From Octopus sinensis (lineage: Eukaryota), in assembly GCF_006345805.1 (NCBI RefSeq), contig NC_043002.1:91636001-91700000 (forward strand): a DNA stretch of 64,000 nucleotides, read 5' to 3'. Under the pieces are notes generated by a model that saw nothing but the letters and a program-made list of their open reading frames with translations, made no database searches and was not told the origin of the DNA. Each line of letters opens with the position of its first letter. Position 1 is the first letter of the stretch. Positions 54,142 to 64,000 of the stretch are shown here, in pieces. Both the position numbers and the translations under genes were made by a program.

Positions 54142-54695
54142 GCCCTGATGCAGTACCAAGCAGCGGCTCTCATGGCTTCTGATCTTAACTGACTGGAAGT
54201 GCTATCATGTACATTGTTTTGTCTTGGTATAAAAGATGGGCTACAGCAAATATTCTGCTTAATACCACAAATTTGCTTGTCAGTTGTTTGACCGTAACCA
54301 GTTGAGCATGTCCCTTCGTGGCTGACGATATGTGCATCTCTGATCATGAGCAGAAGTAGTGGGCGAGCATCATAGCCATGTGTTGAGAGGGATTCTTTGG
54401 TGTTTGAATAATTCACTTCTGGAAACATGGGTGTTTCATTCAACATCCTTAAACAACCCTTATTCAGGGACCTTTTGAGTGGGATGGGCTAACCGACCAG
54501 AAGAAAATTCTAACTGGGCCCCACCCGCAAGATCATTCGCTATTTATCTTGATATGAGATCACCATGTCGCGCACATATGGTTGTGATGCATGTGCCTGG
54601 TGTATCCTTATCAGACGGGTAATCATGATGGGTTTACTGGGCTTCGTATATTTTACCCCAGTGTCCCTTTGATGGCATGCACTGCTCTCTCACTC
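54140..54695. mobile_element. ~557-bp TAA-embedded repeat (copy 2)
   Basis: Same boundaries as copy 1, with (AAT)n on both sides. Confidence 0.85.
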
Positions 54696-54758
<63 letters not shown>

Positions 54759-54759
<1 letters not shown>

Positions 54760-55991
54760 GGAAAACAAGAAAAATACTGACAGGATCTAGGATGCATCAC
54801 CCAAAATCTGACATAGAAAGACTATATATACAACGTATAGAAGGTGGTAGAGGCCTTATACAGCTGGAAAACTACTATAAAATAACCACCATAGGACTGC
54901 AAAAATACCTACTTCAGAAGGAAGGAAAACTGATCCAGATAGCAGCAAAACACGAGCAAAACAAAAAACTGTTCTCAGTATTTAAGGAAGCTGACAAATA
55001 CAAACAAGAAATCATACCACCTAATAAACACAAAGAAGAAGAAGAAGAAGATGATGAAGAAACAACAAAAGCTATAAAACAATGAAATCCAAACTAAAAA
55101 TAGAACAGCAACGAGCCATGGTAAAACGATGGCAAGAAAAGCCCCTTCATGGTAAATACTGCACTAAACTAAACGCAAAAGAAATAGACAAAGAAAAATC
55201 CCAGCAATGGTTGAGAAGCTCAGGACTCAAAGCAGAAACAGAGGGATTTTTAATTGCAGCACAAGACCAAAGCCTCCCCACCAGAAATTACCAAAAACAT
55301 GTAATGAAAAGAAATATTACAAGTAACTGCAGAATATGTGGAGATGGACAAGAAACAATAAATCATATTATCTCTAGCTGCCCAGTCCTGGCTAAGAAGG
55401 AATATATTCACAGACATGACAGAGTTGGAACATACATACATTGGAAGCTATGCCAACATTATGGAATAACAACAGAAAAAAGATGGTATAGGCACACACC
55501 AGAAAAGGTCACAGAAAACGAGAAAGCAACCATACTCTGGGATATGCCGATACACACAGATAGAGAAATTAAGGCCAACAGACCAGATATAGTTGTCAGA
55601 GATCATGAAGAAAAAAAATGCTTTCTAATTGATGTATCAATACCGGCAGATGACAACGTGTCTCTAAAAGAAATGGAGAAACTCTCAAAATACAAAGACC
55701 TGGAAATAGAGGTAACTAGAATGTGGAACCTGAAAACAGAAACAATTCCTATCATAGTAGGCGCATTAGGCATGATAAAAAAATATTCAGACAAATACAT
55801 AACAAAAACACCAGGACTTACAAACACATATAACATACAGAAAATTGCACTACTAGGCACTGCACACATCCTACGCAGAACACTTTCCATACAATAACCA
55901 TCAGAGCATCACAACAAATCACAGCACATACCCAAGGCACACAGAGCTGCGCTCGGTAGTGAAGTGAAAGCACGCTATAAAAATAAAACTA

Positions 55992-55995
<4 letters not shown>
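54759..55995 (+). mobile_element. 5'-truncated R4/Dong-like RLE non-LTR retrotransposon inserted in (TAA)n
   Basis: RKTRKILTGSRMHHPKSDIERLYIQRIEGGRGL, CCHC knuckle CRICGDGQETINHIISSC, RLE motif RPDIV...LIDVSIP...EKLSKYKDL, C-terminus IQKIALLGTAHILRR. About 100-bp 3' UTR. (AAT)n on both sides. Frameshift near 55080. Confidence 0.93.
55082..55897 (+). CDS. C-terminal 271 aa (CCHC + restriction-like endonuclease) of the Dong-like ORF; no RT core present
   Basis: Taken from the ORF track; motifs as listed for 54759-55995. A fragment of a truncated element. Confidence 0.85.
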   Translation: MKSKLKIEQQRAMVKRWQEKPLHGKYCTKLNAKEIDKEKSQQWLRSSGLKAETEGFLIAAQDQSLPTRNYQKHVMKRNITSNCRICGDGQETINHIISSCPVLAKKEYIHRHDRVGTYIHWKLCQHYGITTEKRWYRHTPEKVTENEKATILWDMPIHTDREIKANRPDIVVRDHEEKKCFLIDVSIPADDNVSLKEMEKLSKYKDLEIEVTRMWNLKTETIPIIVGALGMIKKYSDKYITKTPGLTNTYNIQKIALLGTAHILRRTLSIQ

Positions 55996-56023
<28 letters not shown>

Positions 56024-56026
<3 letters not shown>

Positions 56027-56456
56027 ACGGGAGGAAATACGAAACAAACCTAAGACCTGGAAACGGTGGAGGTGAAGCTAATGATTATGATACTCTAAAA
56101 ATGAGCATAATGAAAGAACTGAAGGCCATCGATTGTACCTCCTAAAATTAAAATTGATAATAAAACAACATCAATAATAAATAGCATGAACCTGGCCGTC
56201 ACAGAACTAATAACCGCAGAAACAAATGTTAATATGACCAGGCTAAATTATATAGTATATGAAAAAACACTAGGACTTACAAGAAAATACAACATACTGA
56301 AAATAGCACTACTATGTACCGCACACATCCTACGTAAAGCACTTTCAATACAGTGAAAATAAGAGCACCCCACCAAACCACAGCACATACCCAAGTTACA
56401 GAGAGGTGCGCTCGGTAATGCAGTAAAAGCACGTGATAAAAATAAGACAACTGAAT
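56024..56456 (+). mobile_element. Internally deleted Dong-like derivative (N-terminal ORF piece fused to the last codons + 3' UTR)
   Basis: One frame reads VPPKIKIDNKTTSIINSMNLAVTELITAETNVNMTRLNYIVYE|KTLGLTRKYNILKIALLCTAHILRKALSIQ* and is followed by a diverged copy of the Dong 3' UTR. TAA repeats on both sides. Confidence 0.7.
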
Positions 56457-56471
56457 AATGATAATAATAAT

Positions 56472-58151
56472 TTATTGGCCATCAGGACTGACATATAGGG
56501 GACAATACAGTAGACGTGGACAGAGGGGATTTTACACAGAAACAATGAGTACACAATTAAAACAATAATAATATCAAACAAGAAGAATATAACAATGAAA
56601 GTTCCTCAATAGGCGGTGGGTAACCACCTGGAGTTGGACTACTCGACGCTTCAAGGATATCCGGGAAGGGCACCCTTCTCCCTCTCAAATTCACTAGCAT
56701 ACAAAGGCATTACTAGAGTAGGTTCACTCACACGGGCCATTTTCGCTATATTCACCCACCTTTTAGCAAATGTATCGGGGGTGGGTGGGTGCAACACTTC
56801 TCTTTCGCACCTGCATCTTCCTTTCCAAATGAAATTTGAAAAAGGTGATAAGGGATTGGCCAAAGAGAAAAGTGTCTGTCTTCAATTCTTTTAACCTCTT
56901 TCGCTACTGTTGTCTGACAGAGTAAAATTGCCTGCCCTTCCAGACCAATGGAAAGCGCGGATCGATCTTCACTCTCGACTCGGCCGATAGCCGGATCCGT
57001 CCTACACGTGATAACAGCTGTTGAACATAACTCTACAAGTCAGTAATGCACGGACACTGAACGAGTGCGTGCAGAACGGTTTCGTCGCTTTGCGCGCATT
57101 CGGCCAAGTCCGTCTGACAGCACTTCCGTGCCTTTAGAGTTTATCTCGAACCGGCAGTGCCTCTCACCCCCCCACGCCGGGAGCACTACCAACTAAGGGG
57201 TTTCTGGAAGTTATCAGTCGTTCCCGGCTCGAAAGCCCTCCGGTACAGACTGGTCAGTTCGACTTCGTCGACGCCTACAGCCTCTCCCAATACGTCATCA
57301 CTCTTTCCCTCCACAAACTCTCTATAGAACTCGAGAGTGGATGTTCCACCGATCGCATTGCCCGTCTGGTAGAAGGCAGTGAGTGTCTGGCAACATTCCA
57401 GGTCTCTTCTTGGCCCAGGACTGCAGCTCAGTCAGGGAGACGCGTTGGAGAAAAGCCTGTTTGACAAATGGTGACTACACCTGTTCTCCGTTTAGGCAGA
57501 ATATCTGGAGACGCTGCAGCCTCAATGCACGTCTGTGCATCATTAGCCACGGTATGCCCAGCCCTCCGCGTAGAGGGTATTGGCAGCAGATAGACCACTT
57601 CACCAATGGAACCTGTCCCCTTCACAAGAATTTGAAGAGGAGGCGCTCCAAATTGGCGATGCGCGAATGGGGGCAAGGCACAACGGTCAATCGGTAGTAG
57701 ATGGCGGATGTAATGTAGGCTTTCGCCACCTCCGCCCCACCTTTCAGAGACAACTTCCTCGTATCCCATTTCTGGGTGAGGCTGGCTACCATGCTCGTCA
57801 CCTCGTTCCAATTCTGGTCCGAACCAAACCCCAAGCAACTTTGCCGGTCCATCCAGTGCCCGACGACGTAGTTGGACGGCATGGACTTCCATCTCCAGGT
57901 GCTGAGTTACAAGCCTACCGACATTTCCGGATTAAGTGTTGCTCCTGTCAAATTTTCATATTCCTCCAACGATATACCGACTGCATCTGAAGTGTCAGAC
58001 ACCATCACGGTGATGTCCGCATAAGCCAACACAGACTTTCTGCGTCCCGGTTCGAACGGGAAGCCCTGCAGCAGCTCCAGCTTTGGGGAGATCCGAGAAA
58101 ATGTCTGGCATATTTACGTAAAGCTCCTAGGACAGACCATCCAAACCGGGT
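56472..58151 (-). mobile_element. L1/Tx1-like LINE ORF2 relic, 5'-truncated and internally deleted
   Basis: GLDGLS*ELY..., LAYAD-IT (YADD remnant), KLLGVWFG, KWDTRKLSLKG, CCQYPLRGGLGIP, then EREVL...FAKRWV and a 3' UTR ending AATAAA-TTATTATTA. Confidence 0.85.
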
Positions 58152-58216
58152 GATAAAAATAAAACTACTGAATAATAATAATAATAATAATAATGATAAT
58201 AATAATGATGATGATG

Positions 58217-58261
<45 letters not shown>

Positions 58262-58309
58262 GCAACAACAACAACAATACTAATCATAATAATAATAAAA
58301 AAAATGATA

Positions 58310-58690
58310 GGGAAGAACTCCGTCGGTTACGACGACGAGGGTTCCGGTTGATCCGATCAACGGAACAGCCTGCTCGTGAAATTAACGTGTAAGTGGCTGA
58401 GCACTCCACAGACACGTGCACCCTTAACGTAGTTCTCGGGGATATTCAGCGTGACAGAGTGTGACAAGGCCGGCCCTTTGAAATACAGGTACAACAAAAA
58501 CAGGAAGAAAGAGTGAGAGAAAGTTGTGGCGAAAGAGTACAGCAGGGATCACCACCATCCCTGCCGGAGCCTCGTGGAGCTTTAGGTGTTTTCGCTCAAT
58601 AAACACTCACAACGCCCGGTCTGGGAATCGAAACCGCGATCCTACGACCGCGAGTCCGCTGCCCTAACCACTAGGCCATTGCGCCTCCTA
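58310..58690 (-). mobile_element. SINE family A
   Basis: Near-identical. TSD AAAAAATGATA at 58299-309 and 58693-703. Confidence 0.92.
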
Positions 58691-58703
58691 TTAAAAAATG
58701 ATA

Positions 58704-59175
58704 ATGCTATCATATACATTGTTTTGTCTTGCTATAAAAGATGAGATACAGTAAATATTCGGCTCAATAACACAGATTTGATTGTCAGTTGTTTGACCAT
58801 AACCAATTGAGCATGTCTCTTAGTGGCTGACGATATGTGCTTCTCTGATTACGAGCAGAATTAATGGGGGAGCATCATAGCCATGTGTTGAGAGAAATTC
58901 TATGGAGTTTGAATAATTTACCTCTGGAAACATGGGTGTTTCGTTCTACAACCTTAAACAACACTGATTAAAGGACCATTTGAGTGGGATGGGCTACTCG
59001 ACCTGAAGAAGGACATGCACTGTTTAGCTTGATATGAGACCACCATGTCACGCATACACGCTTGTGATGCATGAGTCTGGTGTACCCTTATCATACGGGT
59101 AGTCATGGTGGGTGTACTGGGCTTCGTATATTTTACCCTAGTGTCACTTTGATGGCATGCTCTGCTCTCTCACTC
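58704..59175. mobile_element. Diverged copy of the 557-bp repeat
   Basis: Ends ...GCTCTCTCACTC-AATAATAAT, as copy 2 does. Lacks the first ~60 bp. Confidence 0.75.
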
Positions 59176-59372
59176 AATAATAATAAAACAACAATAAAAA
59201 AGATAAAAACAATACCAACAATAATGAAATAAAAATTAAGATTAAAAATTAGCAATTCAAAAATGTTTTAAATACGTACATATACATATATGTACATAAA
59301 TGTTTGTGTTGTGTGTATGTATGTATTTATGCGTATGTATTTATGTATGTATTTATGTATGTATTTATATAT

Positions 59373-59457
<85 letters not shown>

Positions 59458-59848
59458 CATACATACATGTATATATATATATATATATATTATGCACACA
59501 CACAGATGTGTTTATATACAAATTTTACATTAATATTTACACAACCAGCACGCACTCATACTAACACACACACAGATATATATATGCACATATACGATGG
59601 GCTCTCCTGGACCAGTTACCAAAATTCCACTCACAAGATGTTGGTTAAGCTAAGGCAACATTAGGAGACACTTGTCCAATATGCCATTCAGTGAGATTCA
59701 GTGAGATTGACCAAGTACAACATGTCTCCAGCAATCTCTTAACCACACAGTAGCTGCCTACACCCAGAATTATGCTGTGTAAGTTATGTCAACACCACAT
59801 CATCGCGCAGTCTACTTGGCTTTTTATACTTTAGCTCGCAATGTAACG

Positions 59849-60255
59849 CAAAACCGAAACCTAAAACTGAACCCTACTTTTAAGCTTACACCCTATACCC
59901 TAAATCTAATCGCTAACCCGAATCCTGAACGCAAAACTTTAACCCTAACTCTAACTATTCGCCCTAACCTAAACCTAAAAGTAAGATCTAAACCCGAAAC
60001 CTGCTCCATCACTCTAACCTCTAGTCCTAATCTCTAACCGTAACCTCAACCCTAAACGTAACTCTAAAACTAACACTAAGCTCTAACCTTAACCCTAAAC
60101 CCTTAATTAAACCTAACCTTATATCCTAAACCTAATCTCTAACTCCTAACCGTAAATGTAAAACTTAACTCTAAACCCAACTCTAAACATTAACCCTAAT
60201 CCTAATCCTTAAAACCTCGACCTATCCTTAAATTCTAAGTTTAATCCCAAACCAA
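59849..60255 (+). repeat. Degenerate (CCCTAA)n telomere-like array
   Basis: About 400 bp of TAACCC/TAAACC/TAACTC variants with a 6-bp periodicity. Confidence 0.75.
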
Positions 60256-60670
60256 AGTTGGTTATTTTACAGTGTACACAATAGATACTGCGGTTGACTA
60301 CACGCTAGAGTTACACTGTTCCGTCTGCCTAATGGAGCCAATCTATCTTCACACCTTTTCTGAAAATAGTATTTCATATGAACACGTATATCTTTGGAAA
60401 CGTTACCGCTATACAGACTGCGCCATTGTGAGTTAAATGAACTTAGCATAAGCATGATAAGTCGATGTCAGGATCAAACGTCTCTCATTCAACAGGTTGT
60501 TGACCATCTCTGTCTCAGTTAATTGCGTACAAATAACTCACACGCTAACACGAACACATAGGATTGTGTGAGAAGACATATATAAGCAGTATTGGGAGAG
60601 AGAGAGAGAGATAAATACTTACCGAAAGATAGATAGACAGATGAATAGGTAGATAGACAGATACATACCT

Positions 60671-60737
<67 letters not shown>

Positions 60738-61262
60738 GAGAAAAATAGATAGATAATAGATAAGTGCCTTAGAGAGTTAACTAAATAAATTAGATTGATT
60801 GGTAGACAGACATGCATAGAGACAGGCAAAGAGATATATACGTAGGTAGAAACCAGCGTTACACATTTGTACACATGCAAACACGCATATCTACCATATT
60901 AGCATATATCTGTGTGCATGTGTGTAAGTGTGTTTGTAGACATAAGTGTGATCGTGTGTGAGTACGAGTCTGTAATCCTTAGCACAAGTCATCATTCTAG
61001 CATATATCATATATAAAAATAGACTTAACTGTCTGCTCTATTATGTGGGTTTCCATATCATTAGCAATTTTTGCTCGCTGCAGCTCAGGTCATTGACATC
61101 GGAGATATTAATTCGGATTCCGCTCAAAGTTTTGCATAAACGTTCGTAAACATACTGACGCATATATATGTATTATCGGTCTTGTGTGCGCGTGTCTACA
61201 CATAGATCCATAAACACACTTATACACAAACACGGGCACGTACAAGTACACATATACACACT

Positions 61263-61306
<44 letters not shown>

Positions 61307-61309
61307 CAT

Positions 61310-61625
61310 CTATTTTTAGTTGTTTCAGTCATTGACCTACTGCCTTGCTGGAGCAAAGCCATGAAATGTTTAGTCGAACAAATCGACCCCATCCCGGTAC
61401 TCTTACTACCGGTCTCTTCTCTCGAACCGCCAGGTAACGGGGGTACATAAACAAAGGAACAGCGGTTGTCAGATGGGCTTCTACGCAGTTTATTTCAATC
61501 AAATTCACTCACAAAGAATTGGTTTGCACGGTGTTATGGTAAAACAAAATGATCAGGGTGCCAGGAAGTGGGACTGAAAGTGAAACCACGTGTTGCAAAG
61601 AAGCCTTCATAAACGCGCGGTCCTG
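61310..61625 (-). mobile_element. SINE family B, degenerate (another relic at ~59560-59750)
   Basis: TTGTTTCAGTCATTGAC...GCTGGAGCA...AATCGACCCC and AAATTCACTCACAA remnants. Confidence 0.6.
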
Positions 61626-61767
61626 CTTGCACTCGCCCCTCACACACATTTATGCATGTATTTATTATTTGTGTGTGCGTGTGTGTGTGTGTGTGTGTCT
61701 ATCTGCTTGTAGAATTAATAATCGGCAGAAGTTACTGAGTAACTAAGAGGCTGAGAGCTTTGTGCGT

Positions 61768-61833
<66 letters not shown>

Positions 61834-61834
<1 letters not shown>

Positions 61835-62214
61835 TAGCAGTATCACCCGGCGTTGCTCGGGTTTGTAAGGGAAATAACTATAAAGCATTTTTAGAGAGCT
61901 ATAGCCAAAAAATAGCAAAAAATGAAAAAGAAATGATGGTAAATTTTTTTGAGAGTTAAAAAGGTCGAGTTGCGTCCCCTAGACAGTCTGTGGTTTGTGT
62001 TTCTGATTCTCGACCCCATGTCGAATTTATCGATTTTTTTCAGAACTGGGGGAACTTTTCAAAATGTTCACTGCGTTAGTTTTGAATTATGACATTGGGC
62101 TATGTGTGTATCAAGTTTCATCAGAATCGGTCGAAACCGTGGTCAGGGTGAGGGTACAACCTAACAGACACACAGACACACACACAGACAAACTGCCGTT
62201 TATATAGAGAGAGA
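61834..62214 (-). mobile_element. Non-autonomous Helitron sharing only its 3' ~100 bp with 52014-52407
   Basis: A|TCTCTCTCTATATAAAC...CCCGAGCAACGCCGGG...CTAG|T. Confidence 0.88.
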
Positions 62215-62232
62215 TATATAATTATTATTTGA

Positions 62233-63750
62233 GGGAATAAAATCCGATGCGTTAATAATATTAGTCGGATTATTAACAGTGGTAGTGTTAGTGGTAATAA
62301 CGACAGCATTTATAATAACAGTGGTAGTATTGATGATAACAACCCCAGCATTCCTATAGTCAGGGAAATTACCGATGATAGTACAATTAATAGTAATGAT
62401 AATAATATGAATAGTATTGTGGTCAATGCTAGCAATAATATTAACACCAATCATAACAATAAAAACTCCGTCTTAGTCTCGGAGGTAAACCCTAACAGAT
62501 TAAAGTTCTTATCCAGCAATTCCAAAATTAGAAATTCCATTTACCAGTGCAAAATTTCTTCCGGTACCGATGTCTTCTTCTACATTGGGGTAACTACTTC
62601 TAAATTAGCCCACAGGATCTCCAACCATTATTCAACTTTCCGAGATAAGAGAAAACATCACAGCACTAAGTAAAATAGTTTGGCGTCTTAAGGACAGTAA
62701 TACAACTTTCAAGCTGGAATGGTCCATATTGTCTGTATCCTTTCCGTTTGATAAAGGCAGAAAATGTTGTGGTGTCTGTAATTCCGAACTTTTCCATATC
62801 TTATTCGCCAAAGTCCCTTTATTAAATACAATGGTCGAGAAATCCTATAGATGCATGCACTGACAAAAACACACCTTTCACTCATATGAATAATGATTAA
62901 TATAGATAACCTCCTTGAATTTTAGTAATATAGTCCCATTTATATATCACCCCCATAGTCAATTTTTATACTCTTAAAGGACTACTACCCAACCCATGGA
63001 GGTGTGTTTTACCTTTGTCTCTCTAATTCGCCCTCCTCTCTCTCTCTCTCTTTCTCTCTCTCTATCGTAAGCACAATCAAACACACAGACACAAACCTGT
63101 AACTTCACCACTGTCTGTTTTTAGCATCTACCCATCCACACACACAATCACGCACACACATACACACACATAGCCATTAATGCAATTATATACATACACA
63201 CACATAGGCACTCATTCACAAAAGAAAACAACAAAATCACCATTCATTTGACCTGCACCCTTTTACCTTCCTATTCTTAGGTCTCTCTCCTCCAACCTTA
63301 TTTGAACCCTTGAACCTTCTAGAATTTTCTACATTCAACCATTTTTGACGTCACTGTTTATAACGGAATATTTTAAAGAAACACTCATTATCGCTATGGG
63401 CTCTGTGCGGGCAGTCATCTAAAAGTTTTTGTGCATCTTGATGCTGACATAAATTCCTTACTTTTCCTGATGAGAAGGCGGCATAATGTACCCCTTATTC
63501 CTTCGAAATTAGGAATATGCAGCCTTCGAAACATATGTCGAAAATAAAATAAAGGAATTTTGTTAATTCGTCGTTCAACTCCATTCTTTCATATATTTGT
63601 ATTTAAAAAAAACATACAAATTTCCGCACGATAGCACGTGATCTCTGCCCTAGGCATGTAGCTTCAACCGTGTTTTTCTGACGTGAATTTGCTACCCAGG
63701 TATCGGTTAACCGAATTATCCATAATAAGATAATTCATTCAACTACTCAA
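62233..63750 (+). mobile_element. Penelope-like element 3' portion: linker + GIY-YIG endonuclease relic + 3' region carrying the hammerhead
   Basis: Open frame 62233-62673 ends ...NSIYQCKISSGTDVFFYIGVTTSKLAHRISNHYSTF. After a frameshift it continues LSKIVWRLKD...EWSIL...KCCGVCNSE...LLN...CMH*, the GIY-YIG pattern of PLEs. A pyrimidine/CA-rich tail follows and ends at (TA)n. Confidence 0.85.
63451..63560 (+). ncRNA. Type I hammerhead ribozyme motif with a canonical core, at a PLE 3' end
   Basis: CTGATGA 63467-63473. Stem II GAAGGC/GCCTTC (63474-79/63522-27). GAAA 63528-31. Palindromic stem III AC-ATAT-GT. Cleavage triplet GTC ends at 63539. Stem I TTTTC/GAAAA (63462-66/63540-44), extended past an internal loop by AAATTCCTT/AAGGAATTT (63451-59/63552-60). 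Folded by eye. Confidence 0.85.
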
Positions 63751-63786
<36 letters not shown>

Positions 63787-64000
63787 ATTATAAAGTTAAT
63801 AGTGACATTTACTGATTAAAAGACTCTGAAGATATTGTGAAGATTGGAATTTATATTAGTTTGAATGAGACTTCACGTTTTACCTTCTGTTTAGGCATTC
63901 ACTTTATGTTGGCGTTTGTATCACCTGCTAAGCTGAGTCTCTTAGATATATGGAATTACTTCATTTTGAAGGCAAGACTGAACTATTGCACAAAAATAGA

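Noticed and set aside
62861-62863. In-frame TGA in the PLE endonuclease as possible selenocysteine
   Set aside because: It falls at a position usually Arg or a variable residue, so CGA-to-TGA decay is the simpler explanation, and the ORF is already frameshifted.

Overview
AT-rich eukaryotic non-coding DNA. It is very probably from an octopus (inference from my recollection of the SINE families and from the microsatellite load). It is built almost entirely from transposable-element relics and simple repeats: (TA)n, (CA)n, (AAT)n, (GTAT)n and (AAG)n. I found no host gene I can identify, and nearly all ORFs in the supplied track are microsatellite or SINE artefacts. Supported elements: several tRNA-headed SINE families; R4/Dong-like restriction-like-endonuclease LINE fragments of different families and ages, all sitting in (TAA)n arrays; Hero-like, RTE-like and L1/Tx1-like LINE relics; Penelope-like (PLE) RT and GIY-YIG relics; three Helitrons; a full-length but dead DD34D mariner (TIRs plus TA TSD); a decayed hAT (SPIN/Charlie-like) transposase; and a MITE with an 8-bp TSD. 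The most interesting signals are: (1) hammerhead-ribozyme motifs at PLE ends, one with a fully canonical core at 63451-63560 and three with the same U4C change; (2) two TAA-microsatellite 'landing sites' (7.2-11.3 kb and 54.0-59.2 kb) stacked with TAA-flanked elements, including a fixed-boundary ~557-bp non-coding element and an internally deleted Dong derivative; (3) local fold-back and tandem rearrangements.
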